Both the position numbers and the translations under genes were made by a program. Source: a virus (lineage: Duplodnaviria; Caudoviricetes). From it: a stretch of 24,051 bases of DNA. How positions within the stretch are numbered: the first letter of the stretch is position 1; every line of letters starts with the position of its first letter. Shown piece after piece: positions 7,705 through 14,459 of the stretch. The notes below the pieces were generated by a model. It did no database searches, was not told the DNA's origin, and saw nothing but the letters and a program-made list of their open reading frames with translations. Location of the stretch: positions 1-24,051 of IMG/VR virus record IMGVR_UViG_3300032234_000291; one strand, written 5' to 3'.

Positions 7705-9318
7705 TTAAATTAATTTCAAAATAAAAAGAATACTACCAGAATCATAGATATGTGGAATACCTCTTTCAGCCATTATCTGTGATTCTGTTTTATTTGCATC
7801 AAATCCTTCTTTGATTAATATATCTTTTCTAAATTCAAATCTATTTTTTCTTTTCTTATTTATAATATAAAAATAATTTGGATTGGTGTTTTTGATTCTT
7901 TCAAACCCTAATGTTTGATATAAATCACCTTTGCTCCATCTTCTATCTGCATAACTAACTATTTCAGTTGGATTATATGTTTTAATAAAATAATTCAATA
8001 ATCTGGATGCACCACCAATTATACTTGTATTCAACTTGTTACAAAATCTAATAAGCTCATACTCCCCAACTATATTAAATTTATTCCCCAATGCTTTTCT
8101 TTTCTTACCAAATGTCATAATAGAAACTAAGATGTTATTATGATATAACCCAATGTTTATTGAACTCCCAACTTTACCCTGGATATGATTCTCATCCAAG
8201 AATAATGATTTATCTTTTGTTTCAACTTCTTTGATTATACATTTTCTAGCATAAATCCTATTAATATTTTTCCCCAACTTATTCAATAAAATACTTTTAA
8301 CAATTTCTTTTTTATTATCCCACTCATCTTCAAATAACTGGATTAATTGAATATTTTGTGATTCACATATATCTGTTTTTTCCTGATGGTATTCTTTGGG
8401 TTTAAATACGTTGGAATGCCAGTAATTACCATTAAACTCAATGGCAATATTATGTTCAGGGATGTATATGTCAATTTCTTTCTTATTTAAAATATTCCTG
8501 TCATTCTTAATATATTCAATATTATTCTCAGTTAAGAATAAACATAACTCATTTTCTTTTATTGATGAAAATTCGCTTACCGGATTGCATTTGGTGCATG
8601 GATTTAAATCAGCACCAAATCTGTAAAATAATAAACTTCTGTAAATGGTGTAATTGGAATTGCATTTATCACATATGATGTCAATATCAACCCCTTTATC
8701 ATTCGTAATATTTAAATTTTTATATTTATCATTAAATGATTCAAGTCTCTTTTCTTGATTCTTTATTCTATTTTCAAGTAATAGTAGGGGTGTGCTAACT
8801 CCATATTTTTTCAAATTGGTTTCATTCCTATTTTGTTTTGATGATTCCAATTTTGACATATGTGTTACACCGTATTTATCCAATACTCTTGATTGAATGT
8901 AAGCAGTATCTTCAAATATATTCTCAACACCAAAATTACTTAATGTTGTTTTTTTTATTTTATCTTTAATTGTATTTGAATGAATAGGCGAATTACCCCC
9001 ATAAATGAGGTTGTTCGTGTTTTTAACGTTGTTTATGTGTTCAGTATCAGAATTAGTGCATCGTATCGTACAATAGACACCATAGCCCTCATTTAAAGAT
9101 CTTTTAAAAGTTAACCCCTTTCCACATTTCTTGCATCTTGGTATTTCATTTTGCTTATGGATAAAATGCCATATTTTTTGTTTGAATGGAAGATTCTCAA
9201 TGTTTTTGCAAAAATCAATAATCTCATTATATAGGGTTATATAATTATTTTTGATAAAACTTTCTTTTGTTTTAAAGCCCGATTTGTTATCTGCTGTAAA
9301 AAAAATCAATAAATTCAT
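7705..9318 (-). CDS. Hef-like putative homing endonuclease: zinc ribbons, Vsr/DUF559-like nuclease and C-terminal Mom-like GNAT domain (copy A, 537 aa)
   Basis: Start moved from 9468 to ATG 9318 (MNLLIFFTADNKSGFKTKES) to match the paralog and avoid overlapping the tube gene. CKKC/CTIRC and CDKC/CTKC; KYGV repeats; EIDIYIPEHNIAIEFNGNYWHS...FEDEW; YARKC...NHIQG...YELIRFC...GGASRL...SYADRRWSKG.LY..LGF. Confidence 0.7.
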   Translation of the reverse strand: MNLLIFFTADNKSGFKTKESFIKNNYITLYNEIIDFCKNIENLPFKQKIWHFIHKQNEIPRCKKCGKGLTFKRSLNEGYGVYCTIRCTNSDTEHINNVKNTNNLIYGGNSPIHSNTIKDKIKKTTLSNFGVENIFEDTAYIQSRVLDKYGVTHMSKLESSKQNRNETNLKKYGVSTPLLLLENRIKNQEKRLESFNDKYKNLNITNDKGVDIDIICDKCNSNYTIYRSLLFYRFGADLNPCTKCNPVSEFSSIKENELCLFLTENNIEYIKNDRNILNKKEIDIYIPEHNIAIEFNGNYWHSNVFKPKEYHQEKTDICESQNIQLIQLFEDEWDNKKEIVKSILLNKLGKNINRIYARKCIIKEVETKDKSLFLDENHIQGKVGSSINIGLYHNNILVSIMTFGKKRKALGNKFNIVGEYELIRFCNKLNTSIIGGASRLLNYFIKTYNPTEIVSYADRRWSKGDLYQTLGFERIKNTNPNYFYIINKKRKNRFEFRKDILIKEGFDANKTESQIMAERGIPHIYDSGSILFILKLI

Positions 9319-9425
9319 TTTTTTTTTATTTACTGGATATTTATTAAATGTTATACCGCATAAAATGTGCGAATATAATACAAATATAAAAATAAATATT
9401 TTAAAAAAAATAAAAAAACAGAAAT

Positions 9426-9914
9426 ATGGCTGATTTATTAATGAAAATGCCCGTGCCTTACGAACCAAAAAGGCAAAATAGGTTTATCGTAAGGTTCCCA
9501 AATGAGTTGGGTATAAATGAATGGTTTGTTGAAACAGCATCAAGACCCAAAATTACAATAGGGGCAAAAGAGATTGAATTTTTAAACACATCAACATTTG
9601 TATCTGGTAGATTTAAATGGGATCCAATGACTATAAAGTTCAGAGACCCCATCGGTCCATCAGCAGCCCAAGCATTAATGGAGTGGGTTCGTTTACATGC
9701 TGAATCAGTTACAGGTAGAATGGGTTACGCTGCTGGATACAAGAAAAATTTAGACTTGGAAATGCTTGATCCTACGGGTGTTGTCGTTGAAAAATGGATA
9801 CTTCAAGGTTGTTTAATAACTGGTGCAGATTTTGGTGCGTTATCTTATGCTAGTGATGCATTAGCTGAAATATCAGTTACAATCCAACCAGATAGATGTA
9901 TTTTAGTATATTAA
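9426..9914 (+). CDS. tail tube protein (T4 gp19-like)
   Basis: 162 aa; YEPKRQNRF, GRFKWDPMTIKFRDPI, GYKKNLDLEMLDPTGVVVEKWILQGC and DFGALSY motifs; lies between sheath and chaperone/tape measure genes. Confidence 0.92.
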   Translation: MADLLMKMPVPYEPKRQNRFIVRFPNELGINEWFVETASRPKITIGAKEIEFLNTSTFVSGRFKWDPMTIKFRDPIGPSAAQALMEWVRLHAESVTGRMGYAAGYKKNLDLEMLDPTGVVVEKWILQGCLITGADFGALSYASDALAEISVTIQPDRCILVY

Positions 9915-9926
9915 TTTAGTTTATCC

Positions 9927-9983
9927 TTTACAACCAGAATTAAAATCCGTATATTTATGTATAAACATTTATATATGGATTTT
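9927..9983 (+). promoter_or_regulatory. promoter-like motifs within a hairpin that covers the start codon of endonuclease copy B
   Basis: TTTACA (9927-9932)-N17-TATATT (9950-9955) and TATTTATG (9952-9959); AAAATCCGTATAT (9942-9954) pairs with ATATATGGATTTT (9971-9983), which contains ATG 9975. Confidence 0.65.
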
Positions 9984-11543
9984 TCATTTTTTAGAATTGA
10001 CAATAAGTCTGGTTATAAAACAAAAGAATCGTGGTTTAAAAAAAACTACCCAGAAGAATATTCTCAAATTATTGAATATGCTTCAAAAATAGATTTAACC
10101 TTTTCATTTAAGGAAAAGATATGGTTTTTCTTTAATAAGTTAAAAGAAAGGCCAAAATGTCAAACATGTGGAAAAGATATAGATTTTAGAGAGAGATTTG
10201 ACAAACCTTATGGTGATTTTTGTTCTCTTGATTGTATCAATACAAACAAAGATGAGATGATAAATAGGGTTAAGAAAACATTCAACAAAAAATATGGAAT
10301 TGATTATTACCCCCAGCATAAGTCATTCGCTCAAAAAGTAAAAGATACTAAATTTTTGCATTACGGGGATGAGAATTTTACCAACCCAGAAAAAGGTATT
10401 CAAACAAGGATTAAAAAATATGGAGATAATAATAATTATAAAAAATATATTCAAACTTGTTTAGATAAATATGGGGTTCGTAACTATGCATTAAGTAATG
10501 AATTTAAAAAAACAATAAATGATAATTATGCGAGTATTTACCCAGATTTAGATTTCAAAGAGATAAACAAATTTGATGTTAAATTGTATTGTGAAAATTG
10601 CAATCAAGAATTTGTGATAAATAAGCAATTATTATATGAAAGAAGTAAGGTTAATCATGTCATTTGTATAAATTGCAATAAGATTGGACATTCAAGTATA
10701 TCAAGTTTGGAAACCCAAATTAACGATTATATTAAATCTTTGGGTATTGAAACTATTCAAGCGTATAGAGTTAAAGGTAATAAGGAAATTGATATTTTTT
10801 TACCAGAATTTAATATTGGGATTGAAATGAATGGGTTGTATTGGCACAATGAACTCTTTGCCAAAAATGATAAGCATATAAATAAAACAAATTTCTTCAA
10901 GGAACTGGGGATTGATATTATTCATATTTTCGAGGATGAGTGGAACTATAAAAAAGAAATAGTTAAATCAATATTATCCAATAGGCTTAATATGAATATT
11001 AATAAAATATATGCAAGAAAATGCAAAATTGTGGAATTAACAAATAAGGATGTTAAAACTTTCTACAATGAAAATCATATACAAGGTGCGGTTAGTTCAA
11101 AAATAAATATAGGTTTGATGTATGACGATATTCTGGTTTCAGTAATGTCATTTGCCAAAGGAAGAATAATAATGTCAGGAAATCAAGATGAGTGGGAATT
11201 AACAAGGTTTTGTAATAAAACATTTACCAATATTGTTGGGGGTGCATCCAGGTTGTTTAAATTCTTTTTGGAAAAATATAAACCAATTAAAATAATTTCA
11301 TATTCAGATATAAGGTATTTTGATGGGTCATTGTATGAAAAATTGGGATTTAAAGAAAAATCAAAATCAAAGCCAAATTATTCATACGTTATAAATGATA
11401 AAAGACATTATAGATTTAATTTCAGGAAAAGCATTTTGGTTAAGCAAGGTTTTGACCCAAATAAGACAGAAAAAGAAATAATGTTTGAAAGAAAAATGTA
11501 CCGAATATATGACTGTGGTAACATAAGATGGGAATTCGAATAA
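9975..11543 (+). CDS. Hef-like putative homing endonuclease: zinc ribbons, Vsr/DUF559-like nuclease and Mom-like GNAT domain (copy B)
   Basis: Start probably ATG 9975 (MDFSFFRIDNKSGYKTKES; the track gives 9957). Collinear with copy A: CQTC/CSLDC, KYG repeats, CENC/CINC, EIDIFLPEFNIGIEMNGLYWHN, FEDEW, YARKC, NHIQG, WELTRFC, GGASRL, SYSD, LYEKLGF. Confidence 0.7.
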   Translation: MDFSFFRIDNKSGYKTKESWFKKNYPEEYSQIIEYASKIDLTFSFKEKIWFFFNKLKERPKCQTCGKDIDFRERFDKPYGDFCSLDCINTNKDEMINRVKKTFNKKYGIDYYPQHKSFAQKVKDTKFLHYGDENFTNPEKGIQTRIKKYGDNNNYKKYIQTCLDKYGVRNYALSNEFKKTINDNYASIYPDLDFKEINKFDVKLYCENCNQEFVINKQLLYERSKVNHVICINCNKIGHSSISSLETQINDYIKSLGIETIQAYRVKGNKEIDIFLPEFNIGIEMNGLYWHNELFAKNDKHINKTNFFKELGIDIIHIFEDEWNYKKEIVKSILSNRLNMNINKIYARKCKIVELTNKDVKTFYNENHIQGAVSSKINIGLMYDDILVSVMSFAKGRIIMSGNQDEWELTRFCNKTFTNIVGGASRLFKFFLEKYKPIKIISYSDIRYFDGSLYEKLGFKEKSKSKPNYSYVINDKRHYRFNFRKSILVKQGFDPNKTEKEIMFERKMYRIYDCGNIRWEFE

Positions 11544-11590
11544 ACTATTTTCTTTATTAGATTATAAATTATTATTTAAAATAAAAATAA

Positions 11591-12343
11591 ATGGAAGATA
11601 AAGTTTTAGAATATGGTCAAGCTGGGTTCAATTTACCACATGATGTTGTTCAATTACCATCTAACGGCTTGTTTTACAAAAATAAGAAGAAATCGTTAAA
11701 GGTTGGGTATTTGACAGCATCTGATGAGAACTTGCTTCTCGGTGGGGGGTATAAAGATTTCACCTTACAACTTTTAAGGAATAAGATATATGAACATGAC
11801 ATAAAGCCAGAAGAGCTGTTAGAAGGCGATATTGAGGCTATTTTGTTATTTTTAAGAAATACCTCTTTTGGTCCTGAAATTGAATTAAATCCAATTGATC
11901 CAAAGACCGGGCAAAAGTTTAAGGTTAGCGTTAATCTTGAAAAGATTTCAATTTTAGAGGGAGCAAAACCAAATGAAGATGGTCATTTTTCAATTACATT
12001 GCCAAAATCAAATGATAAGATGACTTTGAAAGTTTTGACTTATGGTGATTTGTTGGAGATAAATAAGATTATTGATACCTATCCAGAGAATAGAGTTGCA
12101 CCAAGAGCAACATTAAGGCTGGCAAAAGAAATTGTTAGTATTAATGGTAATGCTGAAAGAACATCTATTGTTGAGTATGTTGAAACTATGCCAATTGCGG
12201 ATTCAAGGTATATTAGAAAATACCTTTCAGAAAACACGCCTAAACTTGATTTAAAGAGAGAAATAATAGCCCCATCAGGAGAAAAGACCGTCGTATATAC
12301 TGGTTTTGGGGTGGAGTTTTTTCGCCCTTTCTTCGGAATATAG
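11591..12343 (+). CDS. tail assembly chaperone/baseplate hub assembly protein (T4 gp26-like)
   Basis: 250 aa; LPHDVVQLPSNG, YLTASDENLL, LLEGDIEAILLFLRNTSFG and C-terminal FGVEFFRP; lies between tube and tape-measure genes. Confidence 0.7.
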   Translation: MEDKVLEYGQAGFNLPHDVVQLPSNGLFYKNKKKSLKVGYLTASDENLLLGGGYKDFTLQLLRNKIYEHDIKPEELLEGDIEAILLFLRNTSFGPEIELNPIDPKTGQKFKVSVNLEKISILEGAKPNEDGHFSITLPKSNDKMTLKVLTYGDLLEINKIIDTYPENRVAPRATLRLAKEIVSINGNAERTSIVEYVETMPIADSRYIRKYLSENTPKLDLKREIIAPSGEKTVVYTGFGVEFFRPFFGI

Positions 12344-12476
12344 AGTTTCCCAACTAAATGAGTTTTATTATTTAACAAAATTATTAAATGTTTCATATAC
12401 AGACTTTCTAATAATGCCAATCTTTATGAGAAAGTTTCTTTTAAATAAATGGGTTGAAGAAAATAACAAGAGATGA
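12321..12476 (+). CDS. frameshift-accessed C-terminal extension of the tail assembly chaperone (gpGT/gp51-like)
   Basis: Not in the ORF track. The +1 frame is open 12270-12476: FALSSEYRVSQLNEFYYLTKLLNVSYTDFLIMPIFMRKFLLNKWVEENNKR; no ATG near its 5' end; overlaps GAG TTT TTT CGC. Confidence 0.7.
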   Translation, partial: FALSSEYRVSQLNEFYYLTKLLNVSYTDFLIMPIFMRKFLLNKWVEENNKR

Positions 12477-12497
12477 TAACTAAAATCATCTCTTGTT
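12465..12497 (+). terminator. 13-bp perfect stem-loop at the end of the chaperone extension frame
   Basis: AACAAGAGATGAT-aactaaa-ATCATCTCTTGTT followed by CTATTT; overlaps TGA 12474-12476. Confidence 0.6.
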
Positions 12498-12498
12498 C

Positions 12499-12506
12499 TA
12501 TTTATA
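12499..12506 (+). promoter_or_regulatory. TATTTATA candidate phage (late) promoter motif
   Basis: 16 nt before ATG 12523. Confidence 0.5.
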
Positions 12507-12522
12507 GATAAATTAAAAATTT

Positions 12523-14424
12523 ATGGCATTTGATATAAAACCCCTATTAAGTAAAACATTAGCTATATATGGTTTAAGTGATACTGATATTACAGAAATT
12601 GCAAATACTTTAAATCTCACCACATTATATTCTGATTATTTTGGTGGTTTAGCTGCATTAGATGCAGGTTCAGCCGTTATTACAGGTAATCTTTCATTGA
12701 ATAGAAATCGTATTTTAGATTTTAAAACAGTGTTAAGAGATACCTTACCGTTAATTACTGAGATTGGAGGTAATTTTGATAGTATTGTGCAAATGATAAC
12801 TCAAAGTACATCTGCATTGCAAAGGAATGTAGTGTTTACACCTGAAATATATCAAGGTTTATATGCGGCAACAAAAGTTTTAGATTTAACCGTATCAGAA
12901 TTAATACCTGCTTTTGAATCGGCTGGTATTGCAACAGCGCAAATAACTGGAAATATTGAAAACTCGTTAGATTATATACGTTCAATTGGTGTTGATGCTA
13001 AAAAAGTTATGGGTAGTATTGTTGAGAATACTGATATGTTAAATAGGTTTTCATTTAAAGAGGGTGTATTGGGTTTCACAAAAATGGCAGCACAAGCATC
13101 CATTTTAAAAACAGATATGGCAACCATAGCAACTTTTGCAGATAAAGTATTTGAACCAGAGGGTGCAATTGAAATGGCTTCTAGTTTTCAAAGGTTGGGA
13201 TTATATCTTGGTGATTTAATAGACCCATTTACATTAATGGATAAGTCTTTAAATGATCCACAAGGGTTAATAATGTCATTGGCCGAAGCTGGTCAAAAAT
13301 TTGTTCAATTTAATGAAGAGGGCAAAAGGTTTGAAATAAATCCATCTGCTATTGGTCAGGTTAGAAAGATTGCAGAAGCGGCAGGTACGACTGGTAAAGA
13401 ATATACCAAAATGATATTGTCACTTGCAGAGTTCAATGAAAGGATTGGGGCTTTTGATTTTTCTTTTGATATTAATGAAGAACAGAAGATGTTTGTTGCA
13501 AATATGGCTTATCTAAATAAAAAGGGTGAATATGTTGTTAAGGTAGCTGGGGGTGAGAAATTAGTTACAGAATTATCAGAAGAACAAATAAAAGAAATAG
13601 CTGATAAAGGAGAAGGTCAAGATTCTTTAGTTAATTTAGCCAAAGCTTCTTTAAGTAGTGTTGATAGTGTATTAAATAGTGTAAATGCCATAAAATTTAA
13701 GTTGTTGTTTGGTGGTATGGGTGATAATACATTAGGTCTTCAAGAAGATTTAAGAGACGTTACTACTGCGTATTTAGATAGATTATACGAATCAATACCA
13801 AGTATTAGTGAGAGGGGAGTTAGTAATCAAAAAATATCAAATGCGTTCCAAGAGGGTAGTATGTCAGGTGTTATGAAACAATTTGGTGATTTGATGGGTA
13901 TTGTTGGTGAAAAATATATGGAAGGTGATGATGAGTTTAGAGCAAGATTATCTGGTAATAAAATGGCTAAATTATTTATAGATAATGTAGAAACGCCTTT
14001 AAAAAGTTATTTTAGTCAAATTAAAGATGTTATTGTTAATCCTGCCTTTTTGAGTTCAATAAATATAGATTTGTCAAGTGCTGCAAGTGAGATTAGTTCA
14101 GCAATTAGTGGTTTAACAAGTACCATTAGTGGGTATATTAGCGGTGCTGCTTCTGCTGTTAGAAGCGGTGTTGGCGGTGCAACTAGTTACGCTCCAAGTT
14201 CAAGACCATCAAATAGATTTGCACCATTAGAAAGTGGAACTGATTTAAGGGGTTTGATGTCTTCACTTGATAATAGAAAACAACAAAATCCTTTTTTATT
14301 TGAGTTTACAATAAATAATAAATCCACATTTAACGGTGTTAAACAACCTGATCAGATAACTAGGCTTAAAACTACTTATGAAGATGCTGAAGCGGCTAAG
14401 AGACTTAAATTTGGAGATGTTTAA
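12523..14424 (+). CDS. tape-measure-like protein
   Basis: 633 aa, Ala/Gly/Ser/Met-rich, no Cys or Trp, looks helical; directly follows the chaperone pair. Confidence 0.65.
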   Translation: MAFDIKPLLSKTLAIYGLSDTDITEIANTLNLTTLYSDYFGGLAALDAGSAVITGNLSLNRNRILDFKTVLRDTLPLITEIGGNFDSIVQMITQSTSALQRNVVFTPEIYQGLYAATKVLDLTVSELIPAFESAGIATAQITGNIENSLDYIRSIGVDAKKVMGSIVENTDMLNRFSFKEGVLGFTKMAAQASILKTDMATIATFADKVFEPEGAIEMASSFQRLGLYLGDLIDPFTLMDKSLNDPQGLIMSLAEAGQKFVQFNEEGKRFEINPSAIGQVRKIAEAAGTTGKEYTKMILSLAEFNERIGAFDFSFDINEEQKMFVANMAYLNKKGEYVVKVAGGEKLVTELSEEQIKEIADKGEGQDSLVNLAKASLSSVDSVLNSVNAIKFKLLFGGMGDNTLGLQEDLRDVTTAYLDRLYESIPSISERGVSNQKISNAFQEGSMSGVMKQFGDLMGIVGEKYMEGDDEFRARLSGNKMAKLFIDNVETPLKSYFSQIKDVIVNPAFLSSINIDLSSAASEISSAISGLTSTISGYISGAASAVRSGVGGATSYAPSSRPSNRFAPLESGTDLRGLMSSLDNRKQQNPFLFEFTINNKSTFNGVKQPDQITRLKTTYEDAEAAKRLKFGDV

Positions 14425-14440
14425 TTTCCATCAACGCAAA

Positions 14441-14448
14441 TATTTATA
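14441..14448 (+). promoter_or_regulatory. TATTTATA candidate phage (late) promoter motif
   Basis: 11 nt before ATG 14460. Confidence 0.5.
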
Positions 14449-14459
14449 TATAAAAGATA

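Noticed and set aside
9307-9378. Equivalent start-sequestering hairpin for endonuclease copy A, and a small stem-loop at 9351-9378
   Set aside because: Only an 8-bp AT-rich stem with the ATG in the loop, plus a 6-bp stem; too weak to distinguish from chance.
9319-9468. N-terminal 50 aa of the 587-aa ORF in the track
   Set aside because: Low-complexity Phe/Ile translation of AT-rich intergenic DNA that overlaps the tube gene; the paralog aligns from Met at 9318.
7705-11543. Invertible segment or composite transposon formed by the two inverted paralogs
   Set aside because: Similarity is mainly at the protein level; I saw no long nucleotide inverted repeat, recombinase, transposase motif or target-site duplication.
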